Translations under genes and position numbers: made by a program
Notes under the pieces: generated by a model
What the model saw: only the letters and a program-made list of their open reading frames with translations
What the model was told of the DNA's origin: nothing
Database searches by the model: none
Source of the DNA: Auanema rhodensis
Lineage: Eukaryota; Animalia; Nematoda
Length of the DNA stretch: 64,000 bases
NCBI GenBank assembly: GCA_964057225.1
Contig: OZ059899.1
Span: 16,802,001-16,866,000 of the forward strand
Reading direction: 5' to 3'
Part shown: piece by piece, positions 1 to 12,900 of the stretch
Position numbering within the stretch: the first letter of the stretch is position 1
Layout: the number at the start of each line of letters is the position of its first letter

Positions 1-268
1 TCATATTTAACTTAATTTAAACTCTTCTATTATTTTTTAAAATAAAATATATTTCCTATGATAAACAGTTTTATTATTGTTGCTACGGTATGGCCGTTGT
101 TTACAGCTGTCCAAGTATACTATTCGTCGTAACACGAATATTGTAGTGAAAATCATTTTAATCGGAATACTACTTTCTTGATTATACAGCACTGAACACA
201 TCATACAAACATCATGTACCTTTTGTATAGCGATTTAAACAATGCTTGATCAATTCTGTTACTACAAC

Positions 269-3200
269 ATGGCCTGTGTTCACTGCTCTAGCTGGTCTTC
301 ATTTTTTATCAAATTATTCTTTCTCTTACAACCATTTCATTTGAATGTAATATGTATTATTTCTACTTTTTAAAAAGCATTGAACATTATACTATCTTAT
401 AATGATCGATTTGAATATTGTTTGTTCAATTCTAAGATTTTTGCTACGGCTTGGCCTGTGTTCACTGCTCTAGCTTGTCTTCATTTTTTATAAAATTATT
501 CTTTCTCTTACAACCATTTCATTTGAATGTAATATGTATTATTTCTACTTTTTAAAAAGCATCGAAAATCATCTTTTAATAATCGATTTGAATATTGCTT
601 GCTCAGTTCTTAGATTTTTGCTACGGCTTGGCCTGTGTTCACTGCTCTAGCTTGCCTTCATTTTTTATAAAATCATTCTTTCTCTTACAACCAATTCATT
701 CGAATCTAATTTGTATTATTTCTACTTTTTAAAAAGCATTGAACATTATACTTTCTTATAATAATCGATTTGAATATTGTTTGGTCAATTCTAAGATTTT
801 TGCTACGGCTTGGCCTGTGTTCACTGCTCTAGCTTGTCTTCATTTTTTATAAAATTATTCTTTCTCTTATAACACATTCATTCGAATGTAATATGTATTA
901 TTTCTACTTTTTAAAAAGCATCGAAAATCATCTTTTAATAATCGATTTGAATATTGTTTGGTCAATTCTAAGATTTTTGCTACGGCTTGGCCTGTGTTCA
1001 CTGCTCTAGCTTGTCTTCATTTTTTATAAAATCATTCTTTCTCTTACAACCAATTCATTCGAATCTAATTTGTATTATTTCTACTTTTTAAAAAGCATCG
1101 AAAATCATCTTTTAATAATCGATTTGAATATTGCTTGGTCAGTTCTAAGATTTTTGCTACGGCTTTGCCTGTATTCACTGCTCTAGCTGGTCTTCATTTT
1201 TTATAAAATCATTCTTTCTCTTACAACCAATTCATTCGAATCTAATTTGTATTATTTCTACTTTTTAAAAAGCATTGAACATTATACTTTCTTATAATAA
1301 TCGATTTGAATATTGTTTGGTCAATTCTAAGATTTTTGCTACGGCTTGGCCTGTGTTCACTGCTCTAGCTTGTCTTCATTTTTTATTAAATTATTCTTTC
1401 TCTTACAACCATTTCATTTGAATGTAATATGTATTATTTCTACTTTTTAAAAAGCATCGAAAATCATCTTTTAATAATCGATTTGAATATTGGTTGGTCA
1501 ATTCTAAGATTTTTGCTACGGCTTGGCCTGTGTTCACTGCTCTAGCTTGTCTTCATTTTTTATCAAATTATTCTTTCTCTTATAACACATTCATTCGAAT
1601 CTAATTTGTATTATTTCTACTTTTTAAAAAGCATCGAAAATCATCTTTTAATAATCGATTTGAATATTGTTTGGTCAATTCTAAGATTTTTGCTCCGGCT
1701 TCACCTGTATTCACTGCTCTAGCTGGTCTTCATTTTTTATCAAATTATTCTTTCTCTTATAACACATTCATTCGAATCTAATTTGTATTATTTCTACTTT
1801 TTAAAAAGCATCGAAAATCATCTTTTAATAATCGATTTGAATATTGGTTGGTCAATTCTAAGATTTTTGCTACGGCTTGGCCTGTGTTCACTGCTCTAGC
1901 TTGTCTTCATTTTTTATAAAATTATTCTTTCTCTTATAACACATTCATTCGAATCTAATTTGTATTATTTCTACTTTTTAAAAAGCATTGAACATTATAC
2001 TTTCTTATAATGATCGATTTGAATCTTGTTTGGTCAGTTCTAAGATTTTTGCTACGGCTTGGCCTGTGTTCACTGCTCTAGCTTGTCTTCATTTTTTATT
2101 AAATTATTCTTTCTCTTATAACACATTCATTCGAATCTAATTTGTATTATTTCTACTTTTTAAAAAGCATTGAACATTATACTTTCTTATAATGATCGAT
2201 TTGAATCTTGTTTGGTCAGTTCTAAGATTTTTGCTACGGCTTGGCCTGTGTTCACTGCTCTAGCTTGTCTTCATTTTTTATCAAATTATTCTTTCTCTTA
2301 CAACCATTTCATTTGAATGTAATATGTATTATTTCTACTTTTTAAAAAGCATTGAACATTATACTTTCTTATAATGATCGATTTGAATATTGTTTGGTCA
2401 ATTCTAAGATTTTTGCTACGGCTTGGCCTGTGTTCACTGCTCTAGCTTGTCTTCATTTTTTATAAAATTATTCTTTCTCTTATAACACATTCATTCGAAT
2501 CTAATTTGTATTATTTCTACTTTTTAAAAAGCATTGAACATTATACTTTCTTATAATGATCGATTTGAATCTTGTTTGGTCAGTTCTAAGATTTTTGCTA
2601 CGGCTTGGCCTGTGTTCACTGCTCTAGCTGGTCTTCATTTTTTATCAAATTATTCTTTCTCTTACAACCATTTCATTTGAATGTAATATGTATTATTTCT
2701 ACTTTTTAAAAAGCATTGAACATTATACTTTCTTATAATGATCGATTTGAATATTGTTTGGTCAATTCTAAGATTTTTGCTACGGCTTGGCCTGTGTTCA
2801 CTGCTCTAGCTTGTCTTCATTTTTTATTAAATTATTCTTTCTCTTACAACCATTTCATTTGAATCTAATTTGTATTATTTCTACTTTTTAAAAAGCATTG
2901 AACATTATACTTTCTTATAATGATCGATTTGAATCTTGTTTGGTCAGTTCTAAGATTTTTGCTACGGCTTGGCCTGTGTTCACTGCTCTAGCTTGTCTTC
3001 ATTTTTTATTAAATTATTCTTTCTCTTACAACCATTTCATTTGAATGTAATATGTATTATTTCTACTTTTTAAAAAGCATCGAAAATCATCTTTTAATAA
3101 TCGATTTGAATATTGGTTGGTCAATTCTAAGATTTTTGCTACGGCTTGGCCTGTGTTCACTGCTCTAGCTTGTCTTCATTTTTTATAAAATTATTCTTTC

Positions 3201-6200
3201 TCTTACAACTATTTCATTTGAATCTAATTTGTATTATTTGTACTTTTTAAAAAGCATCGAAAATCATCTTTTAATAATCGATTTGAATATTGGTTGGTCA
3301 ATTCTAAGATTTTTGCTACGGCTTGGCCTGTGTTCACTGCTCTAGCTTGTCTTCATTTTTTATAAAATTATTCTTTCTCTTACAACTATTTCATTTGAAT
3401 CTAATTTGTATTATTTGTACTTTTTAAAAAGCATTGAACATTATACTTTCTTATAATAATCGATTTGAATCTTGTTTGGTCAGTTCTAAGATTTTTGCTC
3501 CTGCTTCACCTGTATTCACTGCTCTAGCTGGTCTTCATTTTTTATCAAATTATTCTTTCTCTTATAACACATTCATTCGAATCTAATTTGTATTATTTCT
3601 ACTTTTTAAAAAGCATTGAACATTATACTTTCTTATAATGATCGATTTGAATATTGTTTGGTCAATTCTAAGATTTTTGCTACGGCTTGGCCTGTGTTCA
3701 CTGCTCTAGCTTGTCTTCATTTTTTATTAAATTATTCTTTCTCTTACAACCATTTCATTTGAATGTAATATGTATTATTTCTACTTTTTAAAAAGCATCG
3801 AAAATCATCTTTTAATAATCGATTTGAATATTGCTTGGTCAGTTCTAAGATTTTTGCTACGGCTTTGCCTGTATTCACTGCTCTAGCTGGTCTTCATTTT
3901 TTATTAAATTATTCTTTCTCTTACAACCATTTCATTTGAATGTAATATGTATTATTTCTACTTTTTAAAAAGCATCGAAAATCATCTTTTAATAATCGAT
4001 TTGAATATTGCTTGGTCAGTTCTAAGATTTTTGCTACGGCTTTGCCTGTATTCACTGCTCTAGCTGGTCTTCATTTTTTATTAAATTATTCTTTCTCTTA
4101 CAACCATTTCATTTGAATCTAATTTGTATTATTTCTACTTTTTAAAAAGCATTGAACATCATACTTTCTTATAATAATCGATTTGAATCTTGTTTGGTCA
4201 GTTCTAAGATTTTTGCTCCTGCTTCACCTGTATTCACTGCTCTAGCTGGTCTTCATTTTTTATCAAATTATTCGTTCTCTTATAACACATTCATTCGAAT
4301 CTAATTTGTATTATTTCTACTTTTTAAAAAGCATTGAACATTATACTTTCTTATAATAATCGATTTGAATATTGTTTGGTCAATTCTAAGATTTTTGCTA
4401 CGGCTTGGCCTGTGTTAACTGCTCTAGCTTGTCTTCATTTTTTATCAAATTATTCTTTCTCTTACAACCATTTCATTTGAATGTAATATGTATTATTTCT
4501 ACTTTTTAAAAAGCATCGAAAATCATCTTTTAATAATCGATTTGAATATTGTTTGGTCAATTCTAAGATTTTTGCTACGGCTTGGCCTGTGTTCACTGCT
4601 CTAGCTTGTCTTCATTTTTTATTAAATTATTCTTTCTCTTACAACCATTTCATTTGAATGTAATATGTATTATTTCTACTTTTTAAAAAGCATCGAAAAT
4701 CATCTTTTAATAATCGATTTGAATATTGTTTGGTCAATTCTAAGATTTTTGCTACGGCTTGGCCTGTGTTCACTGCTCTAGCTTGTCTTCATTTTTTATT
4801 AAATTATTCTTTCTCTTACAACCATTTCATTTGAATGTAATATGTATTATTTCTACTTTTTAAAAAGCATCGAAAATCATCTTTTAATAATCGATTTGAA
4901 TATTGCTTGGTCAGTTCTAAGATTTTTGCTACGGCTTTGCCTGTATTCACTGCTCTAGCTGGTCTTCATTTTTTATTAAATTATTCTTTCTCTTACAACC
5001 ATTTCATTTGAATCTAATTTGTATTATTTCTACTTTTTAAAAAGCATTGAACATCATACTTTCTTATAATAATCGATTTGAATATTGTTTGGTCAATTCT
5101 AAGATTTTTGCTACGGCTTGGCCTGTGTTAACTGCTCTAGCTTGTCTTCATTTTTTATCAAATTATTCGTTCTCTTATAACACATTCATTCGAATCTAAT
5201 TTGTATTATTTCTACTTTTTAAAAAGCATTGAACATTATACTTTCTTATAATGATCGATTTGAATCTTGTTTGGTCAGTTCTAAGATTTTTGCTACGGCT
5301 TGGCCTGTGTTCACTGCTCTAGCTTGTCTTCATTTTTTATAAAATTATTCTTTCTCTTACAACCATTTCATTTGAATCTAATTTGTATTATTTCTACTTT
5401 TTAAAAAGCATTGAACATTATACTTTCTTATAATAATCGATTTGAATATTGTTTGGTCAATTCTAAGATTTTTGCTACGGCTTGGCCTGTGTTCACTGCT
5501 CTAGCTTGTCTTCATTTTTTATAAAATTATTCTTTCTCTTACAACCATTTCATTTGAATCTAATTTGTATTATTTGTACTTTTTAAAAAGCATTGAACAT
5601 TATACTTTCTTATAATAATCGATTTGAATCTTGTTTGGTCAGTTCTAAGATTTTTGCTCCTGCTTCACCTGTATTCACTGCTCTAGCTGGTCTTCATTTT
5701 TTATCAAATTATTCTTTCTCTTATAACACATTCATTCGAATCTAATTTGTATTATTTCTACTTTTTAAAAAGCATTGAACATTATACTTTCTTATAATGA
5801 TCGATTTGAATATTGTTTGGTCAATTCTAAGATTTTTGCTACGGCTTGGCCTGTGTTCACTGCTCTAGCTTGTCTTCATTTTTTATAAAATTATTCTTTC
5901 TCTTACAACCATTTCATTTGAATGTAATATGTATTATTTCTACTTTTTAAAAAGCATCGAAAATCATCTTTTAATAATCGATTTGAATATTGCTTGGTCA
6001 GTTCTAAGATTTTTGCTACGGCTTTGCCTGTATTCACTGCTCTAGCTGGTCTTCATTTTTTATCAAATTATTCTTTCTCTTATAACACATTCATTCGAAT
6101 CTAATTTGTATTATTTCTACTTTTTAAAAAGCATTGAACATTATACTTTCTTATAATAATCGATTTGAATATTGTTTGGTCAGTTCTAAGATTTTTGCTA

Positions 6201-6779
6201 CGGCTTGGCCTGTGTTCACTGCTCTAGCTTGTCTTCATTTTTTATAAAATTATTCTTTCTCTTACAACCATTTCATTTGAATGTAATATGTATTATTTCT
6301 ACTTTTTAAAAAGCATCGAAAATCATCTTTTAATAATCGATTTGAATATTGCTTGGTCAGTTCTAAGATTTTTGCTACGGCTTGGCCTGTGTTCACTGCT
6401 CTAGCTGGTCTTCATTTTTTATCAAATTATTCTTTCTCTTATAACACATTCATTCGAATCTAATTTGTATTATTTCTACTTTTTAAAAAGCATTGAACAT
6501 TATACTTTCTTATAATAATCGATTTGAATATTGTTTGGTCAGTTCTAAGATTTTTGCTACGGCTTGGCCTGTGTTCACTGCTCTAGCTTGTCTTCATTTT
6601 TTATAAAATTATTCTTTCTCTTACAACCATTTCATTTGAATGTAATATGTATTATTTCTACTTTTTAAAAAGCATCGAAAATCATCTTTTAATAATCGAT
6701 TTGAATATTGCTTGGTCAGTTCTAAGATTTTTGCTACGGCTTGGCCTGTGTTCACTGCTCTAGCTGGTCTTCATTTTTC
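269..6779. repeat. Tandem satellite array, about 36 monomers of 177 or 182 bp
   Basis: The core GCTACGGCTTGGCCTGTGTTCACTGCTCTAGC recurs at 443, 620, 802, 979 and onward (spacings 177/182/177) to ~6770. The monomer is AT-rich and the frames I translated are interrupted by stops. Degenerate copies flank both ends. Confidence 0.97.
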
Positions 6780-6987
6780 ATTAATATATTCTTCGTATTA
6801 CAACGATTTTGTTTGAGTCAAGTTTGATTTATACCAACTTTTTTTTATTCGAATAGATCTTCATGAATATAATATTTTTTAAAGCAAGTGTTTAGAAAGA
6901 ACATTACAAAAACGTTTATGAATTTGTTTCAATACAAATCCTATGTTATTAATATTCAAAATTATATTTGAAATTTCTTAAGATGAC

Positions 6988-9900
6988 TTGAGATCTCTAG
7001 ATGTCGAAGTCAATGATAGACGATCTCCGTTGAATCTCAAATTTCGAATACAACCATCAAATCCTGCTATTGGTAGTTTGTGTAATCTCCTGTGTTTGGA
7101 AATAACTCCTCCAATATACATTCGCTTTTTCATTACTTTCGGAGCTGGTGTGTCGGATATTATAATTGGTGCTAGATCATCTATCTAAGATTGGTGTACG
7201 TTAGGTATGAAGTTTAAATAGAAAATGTTTCCAAAAATTTACCTTTAATGATAAATCTCGCTCATTTTTTACAATTGAAATATCATGCCAATGACCATCG
7301 TTTAGCTTTCTATCCAGGTTTTGCAATATTTTTGGCTGTTTATGTCCTTTGATCTTAAATTAATTTTTCCGTATAATGAAAAACTTCTATGAAAAAAAAA
7401 ACTTACTTCTAATGTTGCGAAGCCATTTTGAATTGTTAAATAGAAATATCTACTATATGATTTGTAATTTGCCCAAACCCATAACAATCCTTCTTCCTTT
7501 TCAGTTCGTATCGAGAATTCCATTGTAAAAACAGATACATTAGGATAAGATCCTGATTCGAAGTTTATTCTACTGTGTGAACTCTTGGTTAATCCAAAAC
7601 GCACAGCTTGTTTTTCGTCTCGCCAATCACCGTTTCCAGCTCCTGGGCACTGAAATTTTGCTTTTAGAGAAGTTATTTTCTAAAAATTTGAATTACCAAA
7701 GCTTTTAATGTGTGATTTTTTGAAACTGTATGTGACAATCCTGATTCAATATCTGAAAAGTGTTTTTAAAACAAACTTTTTCTATATTTTAAAATAATAT
7801 TATAAAAATTTCTCTAGGCTCTTGATGAAATTTATTAGAGGTTGTTTTTTTATAATGAAATTGTATAAGCAAAAAATTACCGTAATATTCACGATCTAAC
7901 TGATGAGCAATGCGCGAATCTTTTCGTAATCCTTTTGGAGCTTCGTCATCAATTGGTTCATCTATAGAAGAATAATTAGATTTTTTTTTCAAAAATTCAT
8001 TTTTAAGTTTTTAAAAATATATGAAAATAACAATCACCATATGGATGGAAATGATGAGTTTCCATAGCACACATTCCAATGTCAGCTATATGTTGCTCTG
8101 GAACCAAAGAAACCGTTCTAAATTATTAAGATTGCATATGTTGGACTAATTTAAAACTACTTGTAGTTATGCACAATATCAGAAATGCATCCTATCAAAG
8201 GAACCGTTGAAGGGATTTCGCCAATAGATGGCTGAGTGCGATCAGATAATCCTCCGATGTACATCTTACTATCCGCATTTCCAATAATGGATTCATCATC
8301 AAGTTTTTGTCCTTCTCCAATTTCCTTATCATCAATGCGAAGTCTTATCCTTTAAATTAAGCGGTAAACAAATATATTTAAAAAAGAATTCTTACATATT
8401 TCCAATTCTACTCATGAACACTGAATGAATTTGTCCATCATTGTATACGTTACTACTACGTATTGTGATCACATTCTTACGCGAGGATGCATCTTTACCA
8501 AAGTGAAGAACAAGATATCCTCGGAATAGGTAAAAAGCCATAAATCCCTTAAAAAAGTCAATAAAAAGTTAAAATAAAAAACTAGATACTTTTCCGATTA
8601 AATTATCTTCTCGCTTTCGTTGTTTTACTTGTGACAATTGTGATGATTGGAAAATTAACGTAGCGTTTTCTTCTTTTGTTCTGAAGGAAAATCCAAACCT
8701 GGAATGATGTTATTATGTACAAAAGAGTAATTTACAAGTTTTAAACATACGTGGAATTGTTATCAATAGTTATTCCTTGGGTTATTAAGAATCCAGGTTT
8801 CGAAAAGCCAACAAGTCTGTCACTAGCTTGAAGTCGATCATCGTAGAACATACATCCTAATTGACGACGATGTGATCGTTCAGGAGTACGAAGATCTAAC
8901 TCTACAACTCCAGAGAGTTTTACAGAATGAATACAGCCATAGAATGATTTCCATTGAATATTATGAGAGTGGAAATACGAAGTATTGTATCCCGCTGGAA
9001 CTCCAGCAACATAATGATCTTCGTTGTTGATATTAAGTGCTGTATTTTCACCTAATATAGTCGATGAGGAACGATCAGCATCATTATCGACCTATAATTA
9101 AAAAAACAATTAGAGTATATATAATATTAGAGCATATAACCTGTAGATGTACTTCTCCTTGATTACGAATTGCTTTCACGGTATGCTGCTTTCCATCATT
9201 ATAACTATTCTTTGAACGAATAGAAACAATTGAACTATGCCCTAAACTTATTTTGAAGTTCACGTAACCATCTTCCAAATAGATAGCAGCAAAATCTCCA
9301 GATTCTTGTGAACCACGGAAATACAGTAAACCGTTCGGAGAATATGTGTTGAACATAACTGCATATGACGAGAGAGTTCTTTCTTGCACATTCACATTTA
9401 TAAGAGCAAATCCGTTTTTGAACATATGTCCTCTAGCCTGTGATTGGGGTGGTGGTATATCTCCGGAGCAAGTAGTCGAACTGCTTTCAAATGTCCAAAG
9501 TGGTATTGGCACATCATCAACAATTATTTCTCCTATTGTGCCAAGAAATTTATTCGTAGCAAGTCCTATTTCTTTTGCATCCGCTTGATCGATTCCAGCC
9601 TCTACTAAGGTTTGTCCGGGAACAGTATTGAAAATAACATCTCCTGAGCTGTTTGAGTCTCCAACCAAAACAACAACGGCTTCAGTTCGAGAACGAGAAG
9701 TTTCGATACCTACTGTCTCTTGCAAGGAAACAGTCAGATTTATAGCGTTTCCAAAACGTTCGACACCAATATGATACCAAGCTGAACGATCCGTTGATGG
9801 TATATAATTGATAGGATGTTTATTTGTAGCCATTTTCTTTCCATTTCCTACATTCCAATGAACAACAATGCGTTTTTCTCGTAATTCAATAGCCATATAT

Positions 9901-12900
9901 TCGCTAGCTACAGTTCGGCGATTCTTTGTTTTTGTCAATAATATAGCAGAGTCTGGCACAACTCGTTGCGGTCGGAATTTCACCGAGATTACCGAAGATG
10001 ATGATGGATGAGCAGGAGAAATGTACTTTCTATGACATGTACTAACCTCTGAACTTGAGAGTGATAAACGAATTTCTTGTGCACGTTCTCGAGCTTCGTT
10101 GATTCTTTCCTTTAAGAGAGACAGTTGTTTCTCCATTTCGTCTGCGCGATTACGGTTCAAGGTAGTTGAACCACCTACTAAGCTCAGAACATTGGTTTGG
10201 CGCTCCAAATCAGCTCGTACTTTGCGAAGTTTAGCAAGTTCTTCTTGAATTCCTTGTCGGGTGCTGTTTTCCAATTTTACAGTTTCTTCCGTAATTTGGC
10301 CAACATCAGATTTCAACTCAATGGCTGTTTTTCGAATAGTATCCGCTTTCTTATCCGCATCGCGAGCTACGCTTTGCAATCCTGCCATCCTATCGTGATG
10401 ATCATCAAATTTATTCCATTGACTTCGGATAACATCATTTCGCTTAATCATGTCAATGTTCCGCTCGTGTACAACTGCCAAACGATCATTCAAATCGTCT
10501 CGTTTTTCATCGAATTTTTCATTTTGCCATATATTCTTTAATGAAATTGCTTCTTGTGCTAACTGATTACTTTGAACACCAGCTTCTTGAACTCGTTTAA
10601 GTTGTGACGTTTCAGATTCAACATCTTCGGAGTGTGCATCTTGTGCTGCTTTTAGAGCTTGCGCAGATGCATCGCTAGAGTTTCTCATAGCTCCTACGAT
10701 ATTTTCATAGGCTTGAGAAGCACGTAAAGGACTGGCAGCTTCTGTTTGTGTTCCTCTGAATTGATCCTTCAATTTCTTTCCTACTTGTGATAAATGAATA
10801 GCATGAGCCGATGCTTGTTGAACATATTTCTCGTCGTATTCATCAATGAGTTGAGCATATAGCAAAGTTAGGTTATTACATTTATCAGCATATTCAGAAG
10901 CTGTTTCCATTGTAGAGTTGATGTGCTGAATGTCATCCAAATATTCTTGCTTTAGATCAGTTTTTGATAGTTCAGTTGAATCTTGAGCGTTTGCTAATAC
11001 ATCTTCGGCTTCTGCTCGAAGTTTTTCGATTTCATTACTCACTTCTTTGTATCTATTGATTCTTTTCGATACCAAAATGGTCATACGTTCAGCTTCTTGG
11101 GTATCTTTACGGGATGTATCGTGAATTGTAATCCTAAACTCTTCAAGCCATTGTCCAAACTCTTCCAAACGTGTCGTTAAGTTCTCAAACACTGTATCAT
11201 TGAGTTTTTTAGAAAAAATTTTCTTTAATAGTTCTTCATTTCTCTGATGTTCTGATTGAGCACGATTCAGCCGTTTTTCAATATATAAGCCTCGATCCAT
11301 AGTTGTGTTGTGATGAACCTCCGACTCTATTGCCCAAGCATCTAACGTAGCTCCTCCAACAGATGATCCTCCGTATTGATGAAAGTGCTTTAAAAACTGA
11401 GTGATGTTAAAAGCATTTGCATACACAACTTGGGCGTTCAGAATAGCTTTTTGGGCTAAACCTGAAAATTGCCCAATAGACAATGCAGATTTTTCCATTC
11501 GTTCCATTTGAAAACGAGCCTCTTCTATCACAGCAAACGCTTCCTTAGCATATTTGCTATCAGCTACAATATTATGAACATCCGATCCACTACCATCTTG
11601 AGGAGAATGGAACGACTTCATGAATTCTGAGATTAATTCGGTATTATTACCAATGCGAGCAACACGCTTTCTTGGAATTGGACGTAGATTGGAGAAATTC
11701 TGTAGAGCCAATATTTCTTCAAGACCATCAATGGTTTGCATGAGTGGCAAATAGCATCCCTGGTCGCAAGAGGTGCAAATGCCTCCTATGAAAGCATGCC
11801 GATCCTGACAGCGACTGCAATCCCTTCCTGTTACCCCTGGCCGACATTCACATTGTCCGCTCAGTGGATCGCAATTATGATGTACACTACCGTCTGGATG
11901 ACAGTTACATTCCTCGCAAAATCCATTAGGAACTTCAGGATTTCCGAAGTATCCTGATTGACAGTTTTCACAATACTGTCCTGAATACCCTTTTCTACAA
12001 GCGTTGCAAATATATCCTCGCCCATATGTTACAGCTATGCAGGACTCTGAGAATGAATTTTCAATTGAAGGACAGGCGCATTGGGTGCATGCTGCAGATC
12101 CACCTTCTCTGGCGTCACCAATGAAGCCTGGTTTACAACGTTCACATAAGTCGCCGAGGGTATTATGCTGGCAATCCTAAACTAGTATTATTATAGTGTA
12201 TTTTTAAATATGAATTTCTTACGCTGCAAATACATGTTTCTGGATGACAAGTGACTGAATGTCCATTGCATTGACAAGGCTCTGACCATCCAACTAGAGT
12301 TAGATCATTAGCATTGTTCAAATAATCTCGATGCTTCTTTCTACAGTACCCTTCATCGGGATTTTGACAAGATAGTCCAGCATATCCTTGTGGGCAACTA
12401 ATACATTTCTCTACTCCAAGAGCTAAAGAATCTGTAGCAGCTTCCGATTTGGTTACTCCAACATCTAATGAAATTTCTTTGATATTGATGGCATCACCGC
12501 GAGCAGGGTAATTGTATGTTCCTCTGACATATATTCCTTGTATATTTTGCAAAGCAATCATCAAAGTTTTTCGTGACAATGTTAATTCAGGTGCGTGACG
12601 CAATCGCCATTCGGATTCATGTAAGCGAACTTTGTATTTTCCGTCGTCTTTAATTTCTAGAGGAATATGCTCCAGCTCTATCCGATTATTTCCCACTAAA
12701 ACAACCTGTGGGAAATAACGAAAATATTGTTGTTCTGGACGAACTCCTAGTATTCCACGACGATTATCCTCATTCATGATCTTAAAACGGATAAATCCAT
12801 TGTATGAGCTAGTACGATCTCCAAGCATTGTGTTCGGCAAACGCCAATATACTGGTGTGGCATCTGTTGGATAGCTGTTCAATTGCAGCGGATGATTATT

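Noticed and set aside
269-6779. Satellite as a CRISPR array, coding repeat or piRNA-gene cluster
   Set aside because: There are no unique spacers and the DNA is eukaryotic. Frames contain stops even when I allowed for short introns. CTGTGTTCA/CTGTATTCA does not match the CTGTTTCA piRNA motif.
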